Positions 17,557 to 27,535 of a stretch of DNA of 64,000 nt are shown here, one piece after another. The first letter of the stretch is position 1; each line of letters begins with the position of its first letter. The stretch spans positions 13,717-77,716 of the forward strand of contig JAOAHX010000013.1 of NCBI GenBank assembly GCA_026415035.1, written 5' to 3'. The notes under the pieces were generated by a model that saw nothing but the letters and a program-made list of their open reading frames with translations, was not told the origin of the DNA and searched no databases. This DNA is from Thermodesulfobacteriota bacterium (GTDB taxonomy: Bacteria; Desulfobacterota; BSN033; UBA1163). Both the position numbers and the translations under genes were made by a program.

Positions 17557-18582
17557 ATGAAATTCGAGAGGTTTGAGGGGTGCTGGACGGCGATGGTGAC
17601 GCCCTTCGATCGAAAGGGGGAGGTCGATTACGAGGGGCTTGAGAAGAACGTGAGGTTTCTCATCGAGAACGGCTCGAATCTCGTCCCGACCGGAACGACC
17701 GGAGAGTCTCCGACACTGGACTGGAAGGAGCACGACCGGGTCATCACCAAAACGGTGAAGTTAGCCAAAGGGAAGGCCTTTGTCATCGCAGGGACCGGTT
17801 CCAACTCCACCAGAGAGGCCTTCCGCGGGACGAAACACGCGGTGGAAGTGGGGGCGCAGGGCGCCCTCTTGGTCGACTGCTATTACAATGGCCCTTCTTC
17901 GCTCGAGCTCCGGACCCAGTATTACGAGGTGATCGCCAAGGCCTTCCGGAAAACGTATATCGTCCCCTACGTCATTCCGGGAAGGACGGGGACGAAGCTG
18001 GAAGTGGAGGACTTAGCCATTCTTCACCGAAAATTTAAGAACGTCCGGGCCGTGAAAGAAGCCACGGGTGATCTCGACCGGATGGCCAAGACGAGGAGGC
18101 TCTGTGGCGAGGACTTCGACATCCTCTCCGGAGACGACGACAAGACCTTCGAGATGATGACCCGGGAGGACATCCGGGCCACCGGCGTCATCTCCGTCAT
18201 GTCCAACATCGTCCCAGGCCCCATCAACGTGATGGTCATGTCGATCCTGAAAGGGGACATGGAGAGGGCCAACTATCTGAAAGGGGTCTTAGATCCCCTC
18301 TTTAAAGTCGTGACCGTCAATACGGTCGAATCTTACGAAGGGTTTGAAGTGCCTTGCAGGTTCCGAAATCCGGTGGCGATCAAGACGATGATGAGGGGGC
18401 TCGGAATGCCCTCCGGCCCCTGCCGCCAACCCCTCGGAAAGATGACCCCCAAAGGGGTGGAGATCGTGCGAAACGCCCTGAAGGCCGTCTATGAGAAAGA
18501 CCGATCGATCCTCCAGCCCATCGAGGAATTCTACAAGGTGAAGATCGAAGACCGGCTGGCCAACGACCGCCATTGGAAATAG
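17557..18582 (+). CDS. Dihydrodipicolinate synthase/N-acetylneuraminate lyase family class I aldolase
   Basis: The GTTGE motif (PTGTTGES), the YxxPGRTG motif (YVIPGRTG) and the Schiff-base Lys region (RAVKEATGD). 341 aa, with a roughly 50-aa C-terminal extension. Confidence 0.75.
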   Translation: MKFERFEGCWTAMVTPFDRKGEVDYEGLEKNVRFLIENGSNLVPTGTTGESPTLDWKEHDRVITKTVKLAKGKAFVIAGTGSNSTREAFRGTKHAVEVGAQGALLVDCYYNGPSSLELRTQYYEVIAKAFRKTYIVPYVIPGRTGTKLEVEDLAILHRKFKNVRAVKEATGDLDRMAKTRRLCGEDFDILSGDDDKTFEMMTREDIRATGVISVMSNIVPGPINVMVMSILKGDMERANYLKGVLDPLFKVVTVNTVESYEGFEVPCRFRNPVAIKTMMRGLGMPSGPCRQPLGKMTPKGVEIVRNALKAVYEKDRSILQPIEEFYKVKIEDRLANDRHWK

Positions 18583-18604
18583 CAAGAATATGAAAGAGAT
18601 TTTG

Positions 18605-18636
18605 GGGCCTGCGCCTGAGGGAGCAGGCCCTTTTTG
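18605..18636 (+). terminator. Rho-independent terminator downstream of the DHDPS-family gene
   Basis: Stem GGGCCTGC/GCAGGCCC with a 10-nt loop, followed by TTTTT. Confidence 0.55.
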
Positions 18637-20079
18637 TCACCAGGTGGGAAGGCTCGGAAGGACGAGGAGAAAGGCAAGCGAGGTGATCACGAAGTAGACG
18701 AAGAAGACCATGAGCAACCAGCCCATGATGTCCCGGAAGTTGAGTTTGGCCACGGCCAGCATGGCGATGGCCCAGAAGGGCTGGATCATGTCGGTCATCA
18801 TGTCGGCCCAGGCAAAGGTGACGACCGTCGCCCCCATCCCGACCCCTAACTGTTTGGCCGCTGGGATGATGTAGGGGGCCACGACCGCCCATTCCCCTCC
18901 TCCCGATGGGATGAGATAGTTGAGCAACCCGCCATACCAGTAGACGATCAGTGGAAAGGTCTGAGCCGAGGAGATGGCCACGAAGGCCTTGGTGAAGACG
19001 TCGGAAAGTAGGGTATATTTAAAGAGGCCGAGGATCCCCGCATAGAAAGGAAACTGGATGACGATCCCCCAGACCGCCCTTCCCGCATCCTCGGTCGCCT
19101 TGAGGAAGGACCAGGGTCGCCAGTGGAAGAGGATGCCGAGCATGAGCATCGAAAAGTTGACCACATCGAGCGTCAGCCCCCGCATGAAGCCCTTCTCTGA
19201 GAAATGCCAAATCAGCCAGACGAGTCCTCCGGCAAAGACGACGAGGTTGAACCCTGGCCACCAGTTCATCCACTCCGAGGGAGAGTCGAATCTTGCGGGC
19301 TTCGGAGGAGCCTCGTAGAGTTTCAGCTGGTTCATCAGGTCCGATTTCACGACGAAGGTCTTCTCGGGCTTCGGATGCATCAGGGCCATCAGGAGGGTGA
19401 CCACGACGACGATCACCAGGGTCAGGATGAGGTTGAAGGGATGAAAGATCGTGCTGGAGACTGGGATGGTTGCCTCGAGAAACTTCCCTTTGATGAGAAA
19501 GTTGTCCGGCGTAGCCACCAGCAGCGGCGCAGACCCCGAAAGGCCCGAGTGCCAGGTGCATCCGAGGCCGAGGTAGGCGGCCGCCACCAGGAGGCGGTAG
19601 TCCACCTTCGGATTTCGCCTAACGATGAAGAGGGCGAGCATGGCGCTTCCGATCAGGCTGAGGCCCCAGTTGAACCAGGCCATGAGCATGGAGAAGAGGG
19701 ACATCACGATAATGGCCTGGTAAGGTTTTTCTGGATTGGCCCAGCCCGAGATCCCCTCCATCAATTTTCGGACCGGTGGGGAACAGGCCAGGATGTAGCC
19801 CGTCATCATGATGAGGCACATCTGCATGCCGAAGGCGAGGAGCTCCCAGAACCCCTTGCCCCAGGCCTGAACCGACTGGTAGGCGCGGCTGCTAAGGCCG
19901 ACCTCCGGTTTAAATCCCCAGATGAGGGCAAAGAGATAGGCCACGAGGCTCAAGACGATGACGATGACCAGGGCATCGGGGATCCAACGCTCCGTCCAGC
20001 GTGTGAGCGCATCGCCCCAGTCCTTCAAAAACTCGAAGGTCCTTCTACTTTCTTCCTTTCTCTGTGCGTTCATAATCAT
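18637..20079 (-). CDS. Short-chain fatty acid transporter (AtoE-like) polytopic membrane protein
   Basis: 480 aa. The N-terminus 'FTRWTERWIPDALVIV' resembles the AtoE family. About 12 TM helices. Confidence 0.6.
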   Translation of the reverse strand: MIMNAQRKEESRRTFEFLKDWGDALTRWTERWIPDALVIVIVLSLVAYLFALIWGFKPEVGLSSRAYQSVQAWGKGFWELLAFGMQMCLIMMTGYILACSPPVRKLMEGISGWANPEKPYQAIIVMSLFSMLMAWFNWGLSLIGSAMLALFIVRRNPKVDYRLLVAAAYLGLGCTWHSGLSGSAPLLVATPDNFLIKGKFLEATIPVSSTIFHPFNLILTLVIVVVVTLLMALMHPKPEKTFVVKSDLMNQLKLYEAPPKPARFDSPSEWMNWWPGFNLVVFAGGLVWLIWHFSEKGFMRGLTLDVVNFSMLMLGILFHWRPWSFLKATEDAGRAVWGIVIQFPFYAGILGLFKYTLLSDVFTKAFVAISSAQTFPLIVYWYGGLLNYLIPSGGGEWAVVAPYIIPAAKQLGVGMGATVVTFAWADMMTDMIQPFWAIAMLAVAKLNFRDIMGWLLMVFFVYFVITSLAFLLVLPSLPTW

Positions 20080-20352
20080 CCCCTCCTCGCTTTCGTTTGA
20101 TGTGTGGGTAATGGTGGCGATATGCCGGTGGGTTCTGACGGCCGCCTAAACCTGTTTCACCTCCTTTCGACAGGGATGACCGAGCGCTGAAACACCGATG
20201 CGATGGTGGATTGAGTACTTAAACCGGATCCCTTCCACTCATATAAAAAACCCCCTGTTTTGTCAAGGGAAAAGTCAGGGGATAGAAGGCTTCCAACTCC
20301 TTTTCAACATTGACTTTTTCTCTATTTGTGTTAACATCGAATCAGCTTGGCG

Positions 20353-20385
20353 GAATTCTGAAAGGCCAAAGGCGATTCAGAATTC
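20353..20385. repeat. Perfect 10-bp inverted repeat GAATTCTGAA-N13-TTCAGAATTC in the atoE/thpR divergent intergenic region
   Basis: Read directly from the sequence. No T-tract follows it, so it is more likely an operator than a terminator. Confidence 0.5.
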
Positions 20386-20436
20386 TCTCTGGGATGAGCC
20401 CTCAGGGGCAGCCATTCTATCCAAAGAGGAGTTTCT

Positions 20437-21000
20437 TTGATCCGTTCCTTTCTGGCCATCGAACTTCCAGAGGCCCTTCGAGAGAGGATCGAAGAAGTTC
20501 AGAAGGAATTAAGGTCCACCCCGGCCGATGTGCGATGGGTTAGGCCTGAGCAGATCCATCTCACCCTGAAATTTTTTGGCAACATCGAGGCCTCTCGGAT
20601 CGAATCGATCCTTCAGGCGATCGAAGAACCCCTGAAGACCACCCCTCCCGCTTCGATCGAGGTCCAGGGCATGGGCGCCTTCCCGAACCTGAATCATCCA
20701 AGGGTGGTCTGGGTGGGGATAAAGGAGGAGGGGAAGATCCTCATCTCGTTGCAGAAACGACTGGAAGAGCGGTTGCGAAAGGTCGGGTTCAAACCTGAAG
20801 ACCGAGACTTCCATCCCCATCTCACCCTGGGGAGGGTGAGGTCGAACCGGGGGAGGGAGGAGCTGATCAGAGGGATGGAGCGACATCGGGATGAGATCTT
20901 CGGGGCTTTCCGAATGGAAAAGGCTGTCCTTTTCAAGAGCGATCTCACCCCTCAAGGACCCATTTATACGGCCTTGAAGGAAATGAGGATCGGGAGCTGA
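20437..21000 (+). CDS. thpR: RNA 2',3'-cyclic phosphodiesterase (ThpR/LigT, 2H phosphoesterase)
   Basis: Two HxT/Sx motifs (HLTLKF, HLTLGR). 187 aa. Confidence 0.8.
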   Translation: MIRSFLAIELPEALRERIEEVQKELRSTPADVRWVRPEQIHLTLKFFGNIEASRIESILQAIEEPLKTTPPASIEVQGMGAFPNLNHPRVVWVGIKEEGKILISLQKRLEERLRKVGFKPEDRDFHPHLTLGRVRSNRGREELIRGMERHRDEIFGAFRMEKAVLFKSDLTPQGPIYTALKEMRIGS

Positions 21001-21133
21001 GAAGGGGAACATCGAAACCCCCGAAGAGAGGCGGGCAACGCCGGCCGCATGGCCGACCGGAGAGGGGCTATGGGGATCAAGGAAGTGGCGAGGAAGGGAT
21101 ACCGGTCCCGGGGCCCATAGAAGGGAGGGGAGG

Positions 21134-22150
21134 ATGAGAGAGGATCCGAGCAGAAGGAAGGCGGTCGAATTGGCGGTTTCCCAGATCGAAAAACAGTTCG
21201 GAAAAGGCGCCATCATGAAGTTAGGCGCCGAGACCCTGCCCGGCGAGATCCCCACCATCTCCACAGGTTCCCTCTCCCTCGACATCGCCCTCGGAGTGGG
21301 AGGGCTGCCCAGGGGTCGGATCATCGAGATCTTCGGCCCCGAGGCCTCCGGAAAGACGACCCTGGCCCTCCACGTGGTCGCCGAAGCCCAGAAACGAGGC
21401 GGGATCGCCGTCTTCATCGATGCCGAACACGCCCTCGATATCCAGTATGCCAAGAAATTAGGGGTGAAGATTGACGAGCTCCTCCTCTCCCAACCCGATA
21501 CCGGAGAGCAGGCCCTCGAGATCGCGGAACATCTGGTCCGAAGCGGGGGGGTCGATGTGATCGTCATCGACTCGGTGGCCGCCCTGGTTCCCAAGGCAGA
21601 GATCGAAGGCGAGATGGGCGATGCCCACATGGGGCTGCAGGCGAGGCTGATGTCCCAGGCCCTGAGGAAATTGACGGCCACGATCAGCAAATCGAATACG
21701 ATCGTCATCTTCGTCAATCAGATCCGGATGAAGATCGGGGTCATGTTTGGAAACCCCGAGACGACCACGGGTGGCAACGCCCTCAAGTTCTATGCCTCGG
21801 TCCGCCTCGATGTGCGGCGGATCGCCTCCATCAAGCAGGGACAGGACGTGATCGGCAGCCGGACGAAGGTCCGGGTGGTGAAGAATAAAGTGGCCCCGCC
21901 CTTCCGGGAGGTGGAGTTCGATATCATCCATGGAGAGGGGATTTCGAGGGAAGGCGACGTCCTCGATTTGGCCGTCGAGAAGAATATCGTGGAGAAGAGC
22001 GGCACCTGGTATACCTTCGGCGGACAGCGGATCGGTCAGGGAAGGGAGAACGCCAAACAGTTCTTGAAGGAGAATCCGAAGATCCTCGAACAGGTGGAGA
22101 AGGAGATCCTCGAGAAGGTGACTTTGGCGAGGACTCCGATGGCGAGGTGA
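21134..22150 (+). CDS. recA: Recombinase RecA
   Basis: Walker [10 protein letters not shown]. The highly conserved RecA core ([14 protein letters not shown]). 338 aa. Confidence 0.95.
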   Translation: MREDPSRRKAVELAVSQIEKQFGKGAIMKLGAETLPGEIPTISTGSLSLDIALGVGGLPRGRIIEIFGPEASGKTTLALHVVAEAQKRGGIAVFIDAEHALDIQYAKKLGVKIDELLLSQPDTGEQALEIAEHLVRSGGVDVIVIDSVAALVPKAEIEGEMGDAHMGLQARLMSQALRKLTATISKSNTIVIFVNQIRMKIGVMFGNPETTTGGNALKFYASVRLDVRRIASIKQGQDVIGSRTKVRVVKNKVAPPFREVEFDIIHGEGISREGDVLDLAVEKNIVEKSGTWYTFGGQRIGQGRENAKQFLKENPKILEQVEKEILEKVTLARTPMAR

Positions 22151-22163
22151 GAAGGAGGTTCCG

Positions 22164-23393
22164 ATGGATATCAACCAGATCTTAGTCGAAGCCCTGGAAC
22201 GGGAAGCATCCGATGTCCATATCAAAGAGGGAGCGCCCCCGATCTTCAGGATCAACGGCGTCCTCCGGCCCTTCACCAAGGTGAAGCCCTTCGATCACAA
22301 CGACCTTTCGAGGATGGCCTTTGGTTTGATGAACGACTGGCAAAAGGAGCGTTTCATCAAAAATCGGGAAGTGGACATGGGCTACGAGGTCTATGGGCTG
22401 GGTCGATTCCGGGTCAATGTCTATCAGCAGAGGGGAAAATTGTCGATCGCCCTCCGGATCGTTCCCTATCAGATCAAGACCCTCGAAGAGCTCCACCTCC
22501 CGCCCGTCATCGCCGATATCGCCCTGGAACAGAGAGGCCTCATCCTGGTCACGGGCACGACCGGAAGCGGGAAATCGACGACCCTGGCCTCGATGATCGA
22601 CATCATCAACCGGAACCGGAACTGCCACATCATCACCATCGAGGACCCCATCGAATTCATCCACGAAGACAAGAAATCGATCGTCGACCAGAGGGAGGTC
22701 GGTTCGGATACGAGCACCTTCTCCAGCGCCCTCCGGGTCGCCCTCCGTCAGGATCCGGATGTGATCCTCGTCGGGGAGATGCGGGACTTCGAAACGATCG
22801 AGACGGCCTTGACCGCTGCCGAGACCGGACACCTCGTCATGTCCACCCTTCATACCCTGAACGCGACCGAGACGATCACCCGGATCATCTCCGTCTTTCC
22901 TCCCTACCATCAGAAACAGGTGAGGCTCCAGCTGGCCGCTGTGCTCAAAGGGGTCATCTCCCAAAGGCTGGTGCCCAGGGCCGACGGGATGGGACGGGTG
23001 CCCGCCGTCGAAATCCTGGTCTCCACGGCTAGGGTGAGGGAGTGCATCATCGAAAGGGACAAGACGAACGAACTGAACGATGCCATCGCCAAAGGTCAGA
23101 CCACCTACGGGATGCAGACCTTCGACCAGTCCCTGATGTATCTGTTGAAGCAGAACCTCATCACCTATGAGGAGGCCCTCAAACACTGCACCAACCCCGA
23201 CGACTTCGCCCTGAGGGTGAAGGGCATCCTCGCCACCAGCGACACCTCCTGGGACGATTTCGAGGCCTTGGAGAGGGAGAAGGAGGCGGAGAGAAAAGCC
23301 AAAGCCGCCCAACCCCCTGTCGAACCCAATGTAGAACCGCGGATGGGGGCCAAAATGGGACCGAAGATGGGAGGGATGGGGTTAAAGCGATGA
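22164..23393 (+). CDS. pilT: Type IV pilus retraction ATPase PilT/PilU family with an extended low-complexity C-terminus
   Basis: Walker A GTTGSGKSTT. Asp/His boxes. The AIRNLIRE-like region. 409 aa against about 345 aa typical. Confidence 0.85.
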   Translation: MDINQILVEALEREASDVHIKEGAPPIFRINGVLRPFTKVKPFDHNDLSRMAFGLMNDWQKERFIKNREVDMGYEVYGLGRFRVNVYQQRGKLSIALRIVPYQIKTLEELHLPPVIADIALEQRGLILVTGTTGSGKSTTLASMIDIINRNRNCHIITIEDPIEFIHEDKKSIVDQREVGSDTSTFSSALRVALRQDPDVILVGEMRDFETIETALTAAETGHLVMSTLHTLNATETITRIISVFPPYHQKQVRLQLAAVLKGVISQRLVPRADGMGRVPAVEILVSTARVRECIIERDKTNELNDAIAKGQTTYGMQTFDQSLMYLLKQNLITYEEALKHCTNPDDFALRVKGILATSDTSWDDFEALEREKEAERKAKAAQPPVEPNVEPRMGAKMGPKMGGMGLKR

Positions 23394-26014
23394 CCTCGGA
23401 TCAGATTCGAAAGGCCTTTCTCGCCTATTTCGAACAAAAGGGACACCGGGTCCTCCCGAGCTCCTCCCTCGTTCCGAAGAACGATCCCTCCTTGCTGTTC
23501 ACCAACGCCGGGATGGTTCAATTCAAAGGGGTCTTCTTGGGCGAGGAGACCCGCGACTACCTTCGGGCGGCCACCTCTCAGAAGTGTGTCCGCGCCGGGG
23601 GCAAGCATAACGACCTCGAAAACGTGGGGAAGACCGCCCGCCACCACACCTTCTTCGAGATGCTCGGGAATTTCTCCTTCGGTGATTATTTTAAAGAGGG
23701 CGCCATCGAAATGGCCTGGGACCTCCTCATCCATCAATGGGGGCTGCCCGCGGAGAAGATGTGGATCACCATCTACCTCGATGACGACGAGGCCTTCGAA
23801 TTGTGGCGGAAGATCGGGATCCCCGCGGACCGAATCGTACGGCTCGGAGAGAAGGATAACTTCTGGGCCATGGGAGAGACCGGCCCCTGCGGCCCCTGTT
23901 CGGAGATCGTGATCGACCAGGGAGAGGCCATGGGCTGTGGTCGCCCGGGCTGCGCGGTGGGTTGCGACTGCGACCGTTTCCTCGAGCTCTGGAATCTCGT
24001 CTTCATGCAGTTCAACCGAGACGGACAGGGCCGGCTGACGCCTCTGGCCAAACCGTGCATCGATACGGGCATGGGCCTGGAACGGATCTCGGCCATCCTC
24101 CAGGGGGTGAGGAGCAACTTCGAGACCGACCTTTTCGTCCCGATCATCCGGGAGATCGAGTCGATCGCCCAACGCTCTTACGGAGGCGAACCCAAGGCCG
24201 ACATCTCCATCCGGGTGATCGCGGATCACAGCCGGGCCGCCACCTTCCTGATCAACGACGGCGTCTTGCCCTCCAATGAAGGCAGGGGCTATGTCCTCCG
24301 CCGGATCATGAGGCGGGCGATGAGGCATGGAAAGATGCTCGGGATCGACCGTCCCTTCCTCTTTCAGACCTCCCTCAAGGTGATCGATCGGATGAAAGAG
24401 GCTTATCCCGAATTGAGGGAGACGGAGACCATCATCTCCGAGGTCATCCGCAACGAAGAGGAGCGCTTTTCAGAGACCCTCGAGGCCGGTCTGAAAATCT
24501 TGAGAGAGGAACTGGAGCGGATGAAAGAGGAGGACCTCCACCTCCTTCCGGGGGAGGTGGCCTTCCGACTCTATGATACCTTCGGTTTCCCTCTCGATCT
24601 GACCCATGAGATCCTTCAGGAGGAGGGGTTGGGCCTGGACGAAGAGGGGTTCAGGCGGCAGATGGAGGAGCAGCGGAGAAGGAGCAAAACGACCTGGCAG
24701 GGGATCGGAGAGGGGAAAACCAAGGAGATCTACCGTCGCCTCGTCCAGGAGGGTCTAAAAACCCTCTTCACCGGATATGAGGAGACCCAGTCCACCTCGA
24801 GGATTCTCCACCTGGTGCGAGGAGAGGAGGCGGTCCGGGAAGCCCGGGAGGGAGAGGAGATCGAGATCATCGCCGAGAGGACGCCCTTTTACGGAGAGAC
24901 CGGAGGACAGGTGGGAGACCGGGGCGTCATCTTTCAGGAGTCCTTCTCGCTCGAGGTCGTCGATACGGTCAGGCCCCTGGAAGACCTGATCGTCCATCGA
25001 GGTCGGGTCAAGAGGGGGGTCGTCAGACCCGCAGAAGAGGCTATCTTCAAAATCGACGTGGATCGCCGGAGGGCCATCGCCCTCAATCACACCGCTACCC
25101 ACCTGCTTCAGGCGGTGTTGCGCGAGGTCCTCGGAGGCCACGTCCACCAGGCCGGCTCCCTCGTGGCGCCCGACCGATTGAGGTTCGACTTTACCCATTT
25201 CGCCCCCATCGGTCCAAGGGATCTGGAGCGGATTGAGAGGATGGTCAACGAGAAGATCCGGCAAAATATCGAGGTGGTGACGAAGATCATGGACCTCGAG
25301 GAAGCGCTTCAGATCGGCGCCATGGCCCTCTTCGGGGAGAAATACGGGGAGAAGGTGAGGGTGGTCAGGGTCTCCGATTTCAGCATCGAGCTCTGCGGAG
25401 GAACCCACACCTCCCGGACCGGGGATATCGGGATCTTCAAAATCGTCCACGAAAGCGGCGTGGCCGCAGGCGTCCGAAGGATCGAGGCCCTGACGGGCGA
25501 GGGCGCCTATCAATATCTTCTCGAGAAAGAACGCCAATTGGAGGAGATCGCCGAGGTCCTCAAATCCCCCCTGGGCGAGGTGGGATCGAAACTGGAGAGG
25601 CTGATTCAGAGACAGCGAGAGCTGGAGAGGGAGCTGGAGTCCCTTCAGGCGAAGTGGGCCAACCAGGAGATCTCGAACCTGATCGCCCTCGCCCGAGAGG
25701 TCAAGGGGATCAAGGTGCTTTCCGTCCGCCTCGACGGGAAAGACCCGAAACGTCTGAGGGAGTATGTGGATCAGCTGAAAGGGAAGATCGGCTCCGGCCT
25801 CATCCTCCTCGGAAGCGCCAACGAGGGCAAGGCCTCCCTCTTGATGGGCATCACCGATGACCTCACCTCTCGGTTCAAGGCCAACGATTTGATCAAGAAG
25901 GTCGCCCACCATGTGGGAGGGACGGGCGGAGGACGCCCCGATTTCGCTCAGGCCGGGGGCAGCGAACCTCAAAAACTGGATCAAGCCCTGCGATCGATCG
26001 ACGATCTCCTCTGA
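23390..26014 (+). CDS. alaS: Alanine--tRNA ligase
   Basis: FTNAGM and WNLVFMQFN motifs, the editing domain, and C-terminal DHHA1 GGGRPDFAQAGG. 874 aa. The start overlaps the pilT stop (ATGA). Confidence 0.95.
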   Translation: MTSDQIRKAFLAYFEQKGHRVLPSSSLVPKNDPSLLFTNAGMVQFKGVFLGEETRDYLRAATSQKCVRAGGKHNDLENVGKTARHHTFFEMLGNFSFGDYFKEGAIEMAWDLLIHQWGLPAEKMWITIYLDDDEAFELWRKIGIPADRIVRLGEKDNFWAMGETGPCGPCSEIVIDQGEAMGCGRPGCAVGCDCDRFLELWNLVFMQFNRDGQGRLTPLAKPCIDTGMGLERISAILQGVRSNFETDLFVPIIREIESIAQRSYGGEPKADISIRVIADHSRAATFLINDGVLPSNEGRGYVLRRIMRRAMRHGKMLGIDRPFLFQTSLKVIDRMKEAYPELRETETIISEVIRNEEERFSETLEAGLKILREELERMKEEDLHLLPGEVAFRLYDTFGFPLDLTHEILQEEGLGLDEEGFRRQMEEQRRRSKTTWQGIGEGKTKEIYRRLVQEGLKTLFTGYEETQSTSRILHLVRGEEAVREAREGEEIEIIAERTPFYGETGGQVGDRGVIFQESFSLEVVDTVRPLEDLIVHRGRVKRGVVRPAEEAIFKIDVDRRRAIALNHTATHLLQAVLREVLGGHVHQAGSLVAPDRLRFDFTHFAPIGPRDLERIERMVNEKIRQNIEVVTKIMDLEEALQIGAMALFGEKYGEKVRVVRVSDFSIELCGGTHTSRTGDIGIFKIVHESGVAAGVRRIEALTGEGAYQYLLEKERQLEEIAEVLKSPLGEVGSKLERLIQRQRELERELESLQAKWANQEISNLIALAREVKGIKVLSVRLDGKDPKRLREYVDQLKGKIGSGLILLGSANEGKASLLMGITDDLTSRFKANDLIKKVAHHVGGTGGGRPDFAQAGGSEPQKLDQALRSIDDLL

Positions 26015-26124
26015 TCCTCAAACCCGATCAGGCTAAGATTTCCTCTTTCCGGTGACGAAGGAGAGGGGATTTTTTATGCCGAGGGGGAAGGCGGAAGAGA
26101 GGGAGCCATCAAATCGGTGAAGAG

Positions 26125-27531
26125 ATGGAGATGACCACGATCCGAACGCGTTTTGCCCCCAGCCCCACAGGGGACCTCCACATCGGGGGGGCCCGAACGG
26201 CCCTCTTCAACTGGCTCTTCGCACGCCACCATCGAGGGAGCTTCATCCTTCGGATCGAGGACACCGACATAGCACGCTCAACCCAGTCCTCGGTCCAGGT
26301 CATCCTCGATGCCCTGACCTGGCTGGGCCTCGATTGGGACGAGGGCCCTTACTTTCAGACCGAGAGGATTTCCCTGTACCGGCAGATGGCCGAGCAGTTG
26401 GTGGCGAAGGGAGGGGCCTACCGGTGCTACTGCCTCCCCGAGGAGTTAGAGGCGAAACGGGAGGCGGCGCTGAAGACGGGGCTTAAGCCTAAATATGACC
26501 GGACCTGTCTCCACCGAAAGGGCCCCGGTCCGGATCGTCCTTTTGCCATTCGGTTCCTCTCCCCGGACGAGGGCAAGACCGTGGTGGAGGACCTCATCCA
26601 GGGCCGGGTCGAGTTCGACAACAGCGAACTGGACGACCTCATCATCCTCCGGAGTGACGGCTCCCCCACCTACAACTTCTCGGTGGTCGTAGACGATGCC
26701 ACGATGGGGATCACCCACGTGATCCGTGGGACCGACCATCTCAACAATACGCCCAGGCAGATCCAGATCTACAAGGCCTTGGGATACCCCCTCCCCAAAT
26801 TCGGTCACGTCCCGATGATCCTCGGTCCGGACAAGAAGAAACTCTCAAAACGACATGGGGCCCAGTCGGTTCTGGAGTACCGGAAGATGGGCTATCTCCC
26901 CCAGGCGGTGGTGAACTACCTTGTCCGTTTGGGGTGGTCCCATGGCGACCAGGAGGAATTCACCCTAAAGGAGTTGATCGAGAAGTTCTCCCTGGAAGCG
27001 GTCGGCCGGTCGGCCGCGGCCATCAATCCGGGGAAGCTCGACTGGCTCAACTCTCAATATCTCAAGAGGATAGACCCCGACGACCTGGTTGAAAAGGCCC
27101 TTCCCTTTATCGAAGAGAGGGGATACCGGATCCCCGATCGAGATTATCTCAAAAAGGCCCTCCTCTCGCTCCGGGAGAGATCGAAAACCCTCAGGGAGAT
27201 GGCCGAACAATCGGAATTTTACCTTTGCGATGCGGTCCGTTATGACGAAGCCGCCTCCCAAAAATTCTTGACCAGAGATTCCTTGACCCTCTTTCAAGAG
27301 GCCATCGACGCCCTTTCTCGGGAGACGCGGCTTACCAAAGAGAGCGCCCACTTCCTGATCCAAGGCCTCTCCGAAAAGCGAGCCGAACCCCTGGTCAAGA
27401 TCGCCCAGCCCCTTCGGGTGGCCCTGACCGGAAAGACCGCCAGCCCTCCCCTCGACGAGGTGATGGAGATCTTAGGGAAGGAGAAGGTGATTCACCGGCT
27501 CCGAAGGGCAAGGGAGTGGATCGAAGGATGA
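26125..27531 (+). CDS. gltX: Glutamate--tRNA ligase
   Basis: HIGH motif (HIGGART) and KMSKS motif (KLSKR). 468 aa. The start may be 6 nt downstream. Confidence 0.9.
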   Translation: MEMTTIRTRFAPSPTGDLHIGGARTALFNWLFARHHRGSFILRIEDTDIARSTQSSVQVILDALTWLGLDWDEGPYFQTERISLYRQMAEQLVAKGGAYRCYCLPEELEAKREAALKTGLKPKYDRTCLHRKGPGPDRPFAIRFLSPDEGKTVVEDLIQGRVEFDNSELDDLIILRSDGSPTYNFSVVVDDATMGITHVIRGTDHLNNTPRQIQIYKALGYPLPKFGHVPMILGPDKKKLSKRHGAQSVLEYRKMGYLPQAVVNYLVRLGWSHGDQEEFTLKELIEKFSLEAVGRSAAAINPGKLDWLNSQYLKRIDPDDLVEKALPFIEERGYRIPDRDYLKKALLSLRERSKTLREMAEQSEFYLCDAVRYDEAASQKFLTRDSLTLFQEAIDALSRETRLTKESAHFLIQGLSEKRAEPLVKIAQPLRVALTGKTASPPLDEVMEILGKEKVIHRLRRAREWIEG

Positions 27532-27535
27532 TCCG

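Noticed and set aside
21001-21133. Searched for a LexA/SOS box upstream of recA
   Set aside because: There is no CTGT-N8-ACAG, GAAC-N4-GTTC or GGTT-N10-AACC-type palindrome, only a partial 'GAACATCGAAAC'. SOS regulation here may use a different operator or be absent.
20509-21717. 402-aa minus-strand ORF across thpR, the intergenic region and recA
   Set aside because: It spans two conserved plus-strand genes and their intergenic region. No motif.
26040-26090. Imperfect hairpin plus T6 after alaS
   Set aside because: The stem has several mismatches and G·U pairs. It is a possible weak terminator but not supportable without transcript data.
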